This document shows, piece after piece, positions 39,856 through 47,977 of a stretch of 64,000 bases of DNA. The translations under genes were made by a program, and so were the position numbers. The DNA is from an uncultured SAR86 cluster bacterium. GTDB taxonomy: Bacteria; Pseudomonadota; Gammaproteobacteria; Magnimaribacterales; D2472. The stretch covers positions 4,931 to 68,930 of the forward strand of contig CACEZB010000005.1 of the NCBI GenBank assembly GCA_902563835.1, read 5' to 3'. How positions within the stretch are numbered: the stretch's first letter is position 1; each line of letters begins with the position of its first letter. Under the pieces are notes generated by a model, which made no database searches, was not told the origin of the DNA, and was given only the letters and a program-made list of their open reading frames with translations.

Positions 39856-41652
39856 CTAATCATAATCAATCACACTCGCATTATTGATAATAAAATTTTC
39901 TGATGCCGTCCTGTCACACTTACCAGGGTATTCATTTATATTTTCATCGTACATATCATTGCCTACATAAGTGAACATTTGATAAAGTACTACGCACTTT
40001 TCAAGTTCACTCAATCTTTCATCAATGTAAACCTCTTTAGATAATTTCTTAAAAGTTATATTATCTGTGGCCATTCTAAGATTCTTTTTTTTGTCTAAAA
40101 TAATATATGAAGAAAAATTATTCTCATCAAAATTATAAGGCTCCCACTTTACATTATTTGTTGAGTATCCTGGCTCACCATACTTAGCAAAATTGCTCCA
40201 AAACTTCATCATATTTCTAGATGTATAAAAATGTGAAATACCTTTAGGATACATAAAATTAGAAACAGGCGGGCCTCCAACTAACTTGGTGCTTCCAGTT
40301 AACATAGGTATTTCTAGGGCATGACCAGCTCCAAAGAGTTTTTTAAAGTCGCCAACTACAAACTTTCTTCGATCATCCCAATCAAATCTATAAGAATATA
40401 GTTGCGTATTTCCTGCTTTTGCTAATGAATTAAGTGGCTCGTTAACCCCCCTTATCTTCCATGAGTTACTTCTATAATAATTAAACGCTTCATAAGCATC
40501 CTCATCTTTTAAAATAACTTTTGGGAGATTAAACAAGAAGCCTGTTGCAGAATTATCAACAGTTACAAAATATTCTGAAAAAGCTAACCATATTTTAACT
40601 TCATCACGATTTGAACCAGCAATGGTTGGAACAATGTTTACATATTCTTCTTTTGATAATGCCTCTTTTAACCCAATTTTTGGTATTACTATTCCATCAT
40701 TTGTTAATAAGGGTAATTCTTCAAACGGCTCTCTTTCAGCATAATATTGATAAAATTCTTTTCCTGAAAGACTATATAAAAGATTTCTTAATTTTTCATT
40801 GTTATATTTATCTTGTTCATTTTTATATGGTTGATCATTAATAATCTTTTTAACAGCTTCCCAAGAAGAATAATTTGAAGTTGGGGATTGATTTTTCTGC
40901 TTATATGCATCTTCAATAGAAATTGATTCTGTGTATCCTGACATTGAAATTGCTTTATGGAATAACCCTTTAGCTTGTTTAGAAACTAGTAAAGATAAAA
41001 CATTATGTCCACCAGCAGACTCTCCAAAAATTGTAATATTTCTTGGGTCTCCTCCAAATAAATTAATATTTTCATTTACCCATTCAAGTGCAGCGATAAT
41101 ATCTAATGTTCCAAAATTTGAAGCTTTATCTAATCCATCTTGCAGCCCCTGAATTGCAGGATGTGTAAACCATCCTAATGGCCCAAGTCTATAATTTATA
41201 GTAACAACTATTACATCATGCTTCTTAACTAGTTGAGTGAAATCATATAGATCTTTTAAACCTGATGTATTGCCGCCTCCATGAATCCAAAACATAACAG
41301 GAAGCAATACCTCAGATTTTTTTGATGGAGCATAGATATCTAAATATAAACAATCTTCATTTCCTGAAATTAATTCATCAGAAAATTGAGAAGATCCGCC
41401 TAGACTAGATGTTCTTTGTATACAAAAATTGTTATCTTTTGGTTCAATTAAATTAGATTCTTGTGAAATCTTCCTTGGTGCTTTCCATCTCAGTTCATTT
41501 ATTGGTGGTTCAGCATAAGGAATATCATCCCATTTAATTATTTTATTCTTTAGGTAGCCTTCAGCTATACCTGATGATGTAATAATTTTTAGCTCATCAG
41601 CGCTTATTGAAGTAAAAAATATAAGTAGAATTATTAACCTTAGTCCCATCAT
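39856..41652 (-). CDS. type-B carboxylesterase/lipase (cholinesterase-like alpha/beta hydrolase), secreted
   Basis: 598 aa with a signal-like N-terminus. It has EDCLYLDIY, the nucleophile elbow FGESAGG, and WIHGGG. Confidence 0.85.
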   Translation of the reverse strand: MMGLRLIILLIFFTSISADELKIITSSGIAEGYLKNKIIKWDDIPYAEPPINELRWKAPRKISQESNLIEPKDNNFCIQRTSSLGGSSQFSDELISGNEDCLYLDIYAPSKKSEVLLPVMFWIHGGGNTSGLKDLYDFTQLVKKHDVIVVTINYRLGPLGWFTHPAIQGLQDGLDKASNFGTLDIIAALEWVNENINLFGGDPRNITIFGESAGGHNVLSLLVSKQAKGLFHKAISMSGYTESISIEDAYKQKNQSPTSNYSSWEAVKKIINDQPYKNEQDKYNNEKLRNLLYSLSGKEFYQYYAEREPFEELPLLTNDGIVIPKIGLKEALSKEEYVNIVPTIAGSNRDEVKIWLAFSEYFVTVDNSATGFLFNLPKVILKDEDAYEAFNYYRSNSWKIRGVNEPLNSLAKAGNTQLYSYRFDWDDRRKFVVGDFKKLFGAGHALEIPMLTGSTKLVGGPPVSNFMYPKGISHFYTSRNMMKFWSNFAKYGEPGYSTNNVKWEPYNFDENNFSSYIILDKKKNLRMATDNITFKKLSKEVYIDERLSELEKCVVLYQMFTYVGNDMYDENINEYPGKCDRTASENFIINNASVIDYD

Positions 41653-41706
41653 GTTGTATTTATAATATATGTTTTAAATGTGAGTTAATATTATATATTA
41701 ATTCTT

Positions 41707-41783
41707 CGGGATGTAGCGCAGTCTGGTAGCGCACTACACTGGGGGTGTAGTGGTCGTCGGTTCAAATCCGGCCATCCCGACCA
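41707..41783 (+). tRNA. tRNA-Pro (anticodon GGG)
   Basis: I folded the cloverleaf by hand. Acceptor stem: CGGGATG/CATCCCG. D stem: GCGC/GCGC. Anticodon stem: CTACA/TGTAG with loop CTGGGGG (anticodon GGG). T stem: GTCGG/CCGGC with loop TTCAAAT. Discriminator base A, and an encoded CCA. Total length 77 nt. Confidence 0.9.
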
Positions 41784-41787
41784 TTTA

Positions 41788-42060
41788 TTAATTTAAAATA
41801 GATTTAACTTTATTTGAGGCTTTAAATGCAAGCTTCTCTGCAGCTGAAATTTTAAATTCTTCTTTTGTTTTTGGGTTTCTGCCTATTCTTGCTGGGCTTT
41901 TATGTAAATAATAAGTTCCGAATTTAGATATCTTTATTTGATGCCTTTTATTTTGTTTTATGAAGCTGAGAAAAGCTTCCAGAATTAATGAACTTGCTTT
42001 AGATGTAATAAGGGCTTTGGAAGAGATATTTTTTACAATATCCTTTTTTCCAAAGCCCAT
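41788..42060 (-). CDS. ihfA: integration host factor alpha-like / HU-family DNA-binding protein
   Basis: 90 aa. It has the HU/IHF arm motif FGTYYLHKSPARIGRNPKTKEEFKISA. It lies downstream and co-oriented with pheST, as ihfA does in many proteobacteria. Confidence 0.7.
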   Translation of the reverse strand: MGFGKKDIVKNISSKALITSKASSLILEAFLSFIKQNKRHQIKISKFGTYYLHKSPARIGRNPKTKEEFKISAAEKLAFKASNKVKSILN

Positions 42061-42085
42061 GTATCAGATCAGACTATATTAACTG

Positions 42086-43960
42086 TTACCTACCACCATT
42101 TATAGTATCAGTACCAGTACCTGTTCCAGTTCCTGTTCCAGTTCCTGTTCCAGTTCCTGTATCGTCATCATAACCACCTTTATCTCTTACCTGAACAGTA
42201 ACCGTTTGGTTATTAGTCATACCAGTAGCGATAGTGGTATTATTACCATCACCGTCTGTTACAGTCCCACCAGTTACAGTAGCTGTAACTATTGCAGTGA
42301 AGTCCATCGTTGCACCAGTTTTATAGCCAGGTAATGACTGAGTTCTTAAGGTTTGTACACATTCATCCGCGCCAAGTCCTGTATTAGTACAATCTAAGTA
42401 TGCATCACGATCGTCAAACAGATCCTGGTCGAATGCTGAGTCCCAATCTGGTAGTTGCGCCTCATAATCAGGAGCTGAATCAAAGGATAAGACACCAGCG
42501 CTAGTTATTACAAGATTTGATGGAACGATAGAATCATTAACATAAGTTACATTACTAGTTGTCGCTCCAATAGTGTAAGTGATTTCTATATCAGTAGGGC
42601 CATCAGTAACCTCTGAAGTAACAGTTCCAATTTCTACAACACCCTCGTCAACTACAAATGTATCTGAAGATGTGAATTGAGGACGAGTGTTAACGGTTGA
42701 ACCTGTACCTGATGTTGCAGTACCTGTACTTACACCTGTGCCTGTACCTGTTCCAGTTCCTGTATCGTCATCAACACCACCAACATCTCTTACCTGAACA
42801 GTAATGTCTTGTGTTGCAGTATTTCCAGAAGCATCAGTAGCTGTAACTGTTGCAGTGAAGTCCATCGTTGCACCAGTTTCATAGCCTGATAAAGAATTGA
42901 TACGCCAGTTTTCTGAACTACCAAAAGCATCAGGTTCTGAACCTAATACAACATCCGGTACTTGTAAATCATAATCAGGAGCTATATCAAAGGATAAGAC
43001 ACCATCGCTTGTTATCACAAGATTTGATGTAGGATACTGATCATTAACTAATGCAGGACTAGTTGTTGCTCCAATAGTAAAGGTTACAGTATCAAGTTCA
43101 GTTACAGTAACAGTTCCAATCTCAGTAACATTTTCGTCAACTACAAATGTTGATGAAGATGTAAATACAGGAGATGTTGTATCAGTAACATTAACAGTTC
43201 TAGTAGCTGTTCCAGCATTTCCTGAAGCATCTGTAGCTGTATAAGTTAATGTGTATTCGCCTACTGTATCTGTGTCTACAGTTCCAGTAGTAACAACTGT
43301 AACTGTTCCAGATGCATCGGTTGCAGTTGCACCAGCATCATCATAATCAGCACCTAATTCTGTTGTTGCAGGATTATCCCCTGTTACAGTTACAACTGGT
43401 GCTGTCGTATCAACAACATTAACAGTTCTTGTAGCTGTAGCAGTGTTACCACTATTATCTGTAGCTGTATATGTGATTGTATATGACCCTACGGTTGATG
43501 TATCGACACTGCCTGAAGCTGTTACAGCAGTAGATCCATGGTATGCATCCATAGCTGATGCGCCAGGATCAGAATATGTGCCGCCTAACTCGACTGTTGC
43601 AGGATTAGCACCCTCTACAGTAATTACTGGTGGTACGTTATCGTTATAACCATCATCAGTAACAGCGTTTAAAGCAGCTGCGCCAACTATTCCAAGTAAT
43701 ACTTTCTGAATTGCACTTAGTTCAGCACGAATTTCAGCTAACCTTCCAGATGCACTTTTAACTGTAGATGGATTTTGAGTATTTGATTGGGTATCTAATA
43801 ACTGAGCTTCTTCACTCATTAAAGAAGATCTTCTATCTCGAAGCTCATTGAAGCTCATAGAATTAATTTCTGATTCTATTTGAGACATCCTCTCTGGACT
43901 TACCTCTGCTGTAAGACCGAAAGATAAAACCGTTAAACAAACTAAATAAAATTTTTTCAT
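42086..43960 (-). CDS. secreted repeat protein: 2 Ig-like (DUF5011/HYR-like) domains + 2 cadherin-like modules ending in Thr-Gly repeats
   Basis: 624 aa with a signal peptide (MKKFYLVCLTVLSFGLTA). Two ~75-aa repeats match PxxTVxGxNPATxELGxxYxDxGAxAxD...TYTATDxSGNxxTATRTVNVxD. Two larger modules match FTSSxTFVVDExVxEIGTVT...SNLVITSxGVLSFDxAPDY...GATMDFTAxVTAT...VQVRDxGGxDDDTGTGTG. GC content is visibly above the local background. Confidence 0.7.
   Translation of the reverse strand: MKKFYLVCLTVLSFGLTAEVSPERMSQIESEINSMSFNELRDRRSSLMSEEAQLLDTQSNTQNPSTVKSASGRLAEIRAELSAIQKVLLGIVGAAALNAVTDDGYNDNVPPVITVEGANPATVELGGTYSDPGASAMDAYHGSTAVTASGSVDTSTVGSYTITYTATDNSGNTATATRTVNVVDTTAPVVTVTGDNPATTELGADYDDAGATATDASGTVTVVTTGTVDTDTVGEYTLTYTATDASGNAGTATRTVNVTDTTSPVFTSSSTFVVDENVTEIGTVTVTELDTVTFTIGATTSPALVNDQYPTSNLVITSDGVLSFDIAPDYDLQVPDVVLGSEPDAFGSSENWRINSLSGYETGATMDFTATVTATDASGNTATQDITVQVRDVGGVDDDTGTGTGTGTGVSTGTATSGTGSTVNTRPQFTSSDTFVVDEGVVEIGTVTSEVTDGPTDIEITYTIGATTSNVTYVNDSIVPSNLVITSAGVLSFDSAPDYEAQLPDWDSAFDQDLFDDRDAYLDCTNTGLGADECVQTLRTQSLPGYKTGATMDFTAIVTATVTGGTVTDGDGNNTTIATGMTNNQTVTVQVRDKGGYDDDTGTGTGTGTGTGTGTGTDTINGGR
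42110..42160 (-). repeat. (Thr-Gly)n coding microsatellite; 12-nt unit cctgttccagtt x3.4 on the + strand
   Basis: The perfect 12-nt units 42120-42131, 42132-42143 and 42144-42155 were read directly. The tract encodes TGTGTGTGTGTGTGTGT at aa 601-617. A shorter tract lies at 42734-42763 (aa 400-409). Confidence 0.9.
42161..43180 (-). repeat. two tandem cadherin-like module-coding repeats with near-identical DNA blocks
   Basis: Three matched blocks were read directly. 42144-42170 is identical to 42747-42773 (27 nt). 42182-42201 is identical to 42785-42804 (20 nt). 42281-42328 matches 42839-42886 (48 nt, 2 mismatches). The offsets are 603 and 558 nt, which implies a 45-nt indel between the copies. 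Confidence 0.85.
43181..43633 (-). repeat. two tandem Ig-like domain-coding repeats (aa ~110-184 and ~185-260)
   Basis: Coordinates were derived from residue counting in the supplied translation. The two repeats are clearly similar at protein level. Confidence 0.7.
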
Positions 43961-44129
43961 AGCTATTTCCTCTAATATTTTGCTATTTCTTTAGAGCTAT
44001 ATTCACACAAAATCAACCGTTATACAACTCCGGAGGTGAATAATAACGCATTATTTATCGAAAATAAACAAAATTATGTACTTAATATAAACATTTAAAT
44101 ATATTAATTTTGAATACATTTAAATAATT

Positions 44130-46109
44130 TTAGTCTATTGGCTTTAATTTGACCAATAAACCATATAAGGTATGTCTTCTATTAAGCGTTGCACCTGGGT
44201 CTTTTGTCAAAGGTCTCCAAGTATAATTTACCAAGTTTCCATATATTGGTATATTAAAGAAAACTCCTTTGTCAAAACTTCCTTCACCAAATTGCTCTGG
44301 AGTAACATCAGTAAAAGTAGCAAAAACTCCAAACTGCACGCCATTAATAAAAGATCTAGAAAGTTCTAGAGTGTATCCAACATCACCAGCAAGATATTCT
44401 CCTGCAGAAAGCCTCATATCAAATGGTAGAGTTCCATAATTTCTCCAATAAAAATTTGCTGTTGCAAGCGTATTTTCATAATCTAAGTGACCAAACCTCC
44501 AAGAATAATCTCTTTTACGAACCTTAAAGAGATCTATTCCAAATGCATAATTGAGATTTGGTCTGAAATATAAATATTCCATTCCTGCTCCAGAAAACAT
44601 ATCTTCAAAGATTCCAGCAGACATCATAATATGATGATTTTTAATAGGGGTTATATGGTAATCTAGTTGGGCTCTTCCTATCAAAACACCTGCATCATTC
44701 ATTTTATTTAAATACTGTTTAACATCGGATCTTACTTGAGCAGGGAAAGTATTTACTGGTGGTATAAATAAATCATCAAAATTATCAGCTAGGCTATATT
44801 TTAAATTTGTGTTAAAAAACAGATTTTCTCTTATTACGAATTCAGTATCATTCTCAGCCATCAAAGAACCTTTAAAAAATTCTTCCCTCGATGCAAGAAA
44901 TGGTCTAAATTGTAAACGAGTACTTGTACTAACTTTTCTTCCAGATCTTCTTTCATATATTGTTTGAGAAGTTCTTCTATAAGCATCGTCAAGCTCTGAA
45001 ACAGCTAATAAATTTGCAATTTCAATGTCTTTTTTAATATCTTCAGTTATTCCAGCATCTCTTGCTGACTGAGCAATAATTTGTTCTACGACTCTTAGAT
45101 TAGGATGAATATTTTGGGTAAGTGAAAGGCCTATTGTACCTGCACTCCTAGTAAGTTTTTTTACACCAATACCATTCTCTTCAAGATTGTTAATTAATTG
45201 AGTGTACTTATTGTCTCCCTCATAACGTTCTGCTCTTGTATATTCACGTTCCCTAAATGTCCTAACAGGATTATTTTTGTAAACAAATTTGAAAGAAGCA
45301 TAATCTCCCCTTTCATAAGATGCGCCAATACTAAAGTTATCAGTAATTAAATAATCTACACCAAACGAAAAATCATTCTTAGGAATTCTAAAAGGAACTA
45401 AACCTGGCCTAACCGAAGAATCGTACTCTGCCCTCAGTATCAATTTTCTGTTTAAAGCATGAGATACACCAAAAAAAGGTGATGCTGTCTCACCAGAAAA
45501 ATATCTCGATGGTTGAAAGTTACCTCCTTTGTCTGCAAAGTCATCTGGTCTGTCGTAAAACTTATCAGATATATATCCAAAAGGATTTTTAAATCTCAGA
45601 TCTGAGCCATCTAACAAACCAAAACCTATTCCAAAATGAAAATCAGTCCTATTTATTCCATAACTTCCTACAATATATTCTGAGCTATAAAGTCCAGTAC
45701 CAGCGAAATCGTTTAGTCCTATTGCAATAGCAGGAAAAACTCCTTCTTGCTCTTTAAGTCTTGCCTTAACATTAAAACCTTTATCTTTAAAATCTTGCAG
45801 GCAAAATTCACTAGTAAAATCATAACAGTAAGGTCTATCTTGAATATTTGTATAAAAGAAGGATGCCTCAAGCCAATTAAATGGGCTTGATGAAAGTGTA
45901 ACAGTTTGGTTTGGAGTTCCAAGGTATACGGTTGCTCCATGGACTCCTTCTTCAAAAGTTCTTGCAGAAGGAGTATGAATTGTCCCTACAATTCCGTAAT
46001 TATTATATAAATTAAATTCAAAACTATCAGAAGAGAATATTGAATTTGTATAAACTAACGATACAAATATTAGAAACTTATTAATTGGATGATTAAGGCT
46101 TATGTTCAT
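44130..46109 (-). CDS. YjbH/GfcD-like outer-membrane protein
   Basis: 659 aa with a leader peptide. The N-terminal GIVGTIHTPSARTFEEG...SSSPFNWLEASFFYTNI resembles what I recall of the YjbH family. The sequence is aromatic-rich with alternating beta-strand character throughout. Confidence 0.65.
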   Translation of the reverse strand: MNISLNHPINKFLIFVSLVYTNSIFSSDSFEFNLYNNYGIVGTIHTPSARTFEEGVHGATVYLGTPNQTVTLSSSPFNWLEASFFYTNIQDRPYCYDFTSEFCLQDFKDKGFNVKARLKEQEGVFPAIAIGLNDFAGTGLYSSEYIVGSYGINRTDFHFGIGFGLLDGSDLRFKNPFGYISDKFYDRPDDFADKGGNFQPSRYFSGETASPFFGVSHALNRKLILRAEYDSSVRPGLVPFRIPKNDFSFGVDYLITDNFSIGASYERGDYASFKFVYKNNPVRTFREREYTRAERYEGDNKYTQLINNLEENGIGVKKLTRSAGTIGLSLTQNIHPNLRVVEQIIAQSARDAGITEDIKKDIEIANLLAVSELDDAYRRTSQTIYERRSGRKVSTSTRLQFRPFLASREEFFKGSLMAENDTEFVIRENLFFNTNLKYSLADNFDDLFIPPVNTFPAQVRSDVKQYLNKMNDAGVLIGRAQLDYHITPIKNHHIMMSAGIFEDMFSGAGMEYLYFRPNLNYAFGIDLFKVRKRDYSWRFGHLDYENTLATANFYWRNYGTLPFDMRLSAGEYLAGDVGYTLELSRSFINGVQFGVFATFTDVTPEQFGEGSFDKGVFFNIPIYGNLVNYTWRPLTKDPGATLNRRHTLYGLLVKLKPID

Positions 46110-46119
46110 TCATCTTTAT

Positions 46120-47931
46120 CTAATCATCACTTATGGCTGATAAAGATGCCAGAGCAATTCCCAAGTTACCAAGAATTGAAACGTAAGCTTGAGCCGCTAA
46201 TCTTCTTGGCGCTGATTCATCTAATGCTCTAGGAACAAAGATTATTGAACCTGGATAAATTTTAATTTCACTTTTAGGAGACCTCTCAAAAATATTTCTT
46301 TTTGACCTATATAGCTGTGATTCGCCGTTGGGATGAAGAATATAAATAGATTCATTATCAGCAAACTTTTTATAGCCACCTGATTTTTCAACAAAATATT
46401 CCACGTCTTGATTATCAGAATACATAACAGCGCCTTCTGAGGAGATCTCTCCATAAACGTAAACTACATTATTTCTTTCTGGTACAAATAACTCATCCCC
46501 CTCTTTAATATTGTAAAGATCGATTGACGCATCATTAAGCAAATTTATGACAACTCTTCCATTAGGAGAAGTATTTTTGATATCTTCTGTCAATTTAACT
46601 ACAGGAGTCAAATCACCTATATTTTGTTGGCTTGCAGCAATAATGCTATCTAAAAATTCTTGGTATAAAATTTCTTTTGATAACTCGTTTACTTTTTTTG
46701 CATCTTCATTTAAGTAAATTGCGCCAAACTTATAAGCATTTTGCGTGTAACCACCTGCTTTTTCAATTAAATCACTTATTGTTTGACCTGCAGCCATTGT
46801 ATATGATCCTGGTTTGAGAACAGCACCCGAAATTTTAGCTTGCCTATATGGATATTCTCTAATGTAAATTGAATCGCCATCTTGAACATCAATTGCTTCA
46901 AAATAACTATCATTTGGAACTGCTATAGTATTTAATGATCCATCGACCATCCTTTCAAGAGAAATATTTTCAAGGTCAGCAGTTCGGTCAATACCATTTG
47001 CATATTCAATAATACTTATGAGTTTTTGACCATCCATAGCTTCATACTTTGCAGGTCTATTTACTGCACCAGCTATAGTAACAATATTTTTTCTTGCCTC
47101 AACGAATACAACATCTCCAGATCTAAGTCGTTTTTTAATACTGTATTTTCCTTCAATTAGTAAATCATAAATGTCTAATGTTTCAACAATAACATCATCT
47201 CTAATGAGATTAATTTCCCTTAAAGATCCAAACTCACTTATACCCCCTGCAGCCAACAATCCTTGTAATATATTTGAATTACCAGTTAAGGTATATATGC
47301 CAGGATTTACTGCATTTCCAGTAACCAAAATATTCACATCTCTTATTTCAGTTAGATTAACAAATGCTTCAGTGCCTATAAATGAGGAGCTTACTTTGGA
47401 TTTAATTAGCTCAGAAGCATCATTTAAAGACAATCCTGCTATGACTAACTCTCCAATATCCGGTAGACTAACCGAACCATCTGAGTTTATTAAAAGTTCT
47501 TCTATATATTCATTTGGGCCAACTAATTGAACTTGAAGAACATCTCCAACATCTAACATGTACCCAGAATCAGGATTAGGTTCATTAATTGGCATAAATG
47601 AGGTTTGAAAGGTATTAAAAAAATCTGAGCCATAAATTATTAAATCTTCACTCATATCAAATGAACTATCAGAATTTAATCTTCTTTCCATTTCCAATAG
47701 GTCTTTTTCCAGCCTATCTTTTAATTTCAAAAAAGTTTCGGCTTTGGCTAATTTTGATGAATAAATATATGGACTATATTTTTCATCCGTTCCATCAAGC
47801 TTTCGTTGATTAGTTTCTTGAATGTCTTTCCTTATATCATCAGGTAAACTATCAAGAAACTCAGGATCTAATTCTTGTGCGCTAATCGATACTGCTACTA
47901 TTGATAATAATAATAATTTAATAATTTTCAT
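46120..47931 (-). CDS. periplasmic polysaccharide-export-type protein with multiple SLBB/beta-grasp domains (KpsD/Wza-like)
   Basis: 603 aa with a signal peptide (MKIIKLLLLSIVAVSISAQE) and no lipobox Cys. There are repeated GDxLxV...DGSVSLPxIG and GAVxxPGxYxxxxGxTxxxLIxxAGG motifs characteristic of Poly_export/SLBB domains. Confidence 0.7.
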   Translation of the reverse strand: MKIIKLLLLSIVAVSISAQELDPEFLDSLPDDIRKDIQETNQRKLDGTDEKYSPYIYSSKLAKAETFLKLKDRLEKDLLEMERRLNSDSSFDMSEDLIIYGSDFFNTFQTSFMPINEPNPDSGYMLDVGDVLQVQLVGPNEYIEELLINSDGSVSLPDIGELVIAGLSLNDASELIKSKVSSSFIGTEAFVNLTEIRDVNILVTGNAVNPGIYTLTGNSNILQGLLAAGGISEFGSLREINLIRDDVIVETLDIYDLLIEGKYSIKKRLRSGDVVFVEARKNIVTIAGAVNRPAKYEAMDGQKLISIIEYANGIDRTADLENISLERMVDGSLNTIAVPNDSYFEAIDVQDGDSIYIREYPYRQAKISGAVLKPGSYTMAAGQTISDLIEKAGGYTQNAYKFGAIYLNEDAKKVNELSKEILYQEFLDSIIAASQQNIGDLTPVVKLTEDIKNTSPNGRVVINLLNDASIDLYNIKEGDELFVPERNNVVYVYGEISSEGAVMYSDNQDVEYFVEKSGGYKKFADNESIYILHPNGESQLYRSKRNIFERSPKSEIKIYPGSIIFVPRALDESAPRRLAAQAYVSILGNLGIALASLSAISDD

Positions 47932-47977
47932 AATCCTTTATTTTCATCCAAATGTATGACCTGCTTTCAAGCAATAT

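Noticed and set aside
47932-47977. Integration-site signature for the pheT-ihfA insert, meaning a direct repeat of the tRNA-Pro 3' end at the far border, or an integrase.
   Set aside because: I found no match to the tRNA 3' half (GGTTCAAATCCGGCCATCCCGACCA) in the 46-nt spacer, and no recombinase gene in or next to the insert. I therefore do not call it a mobile element.
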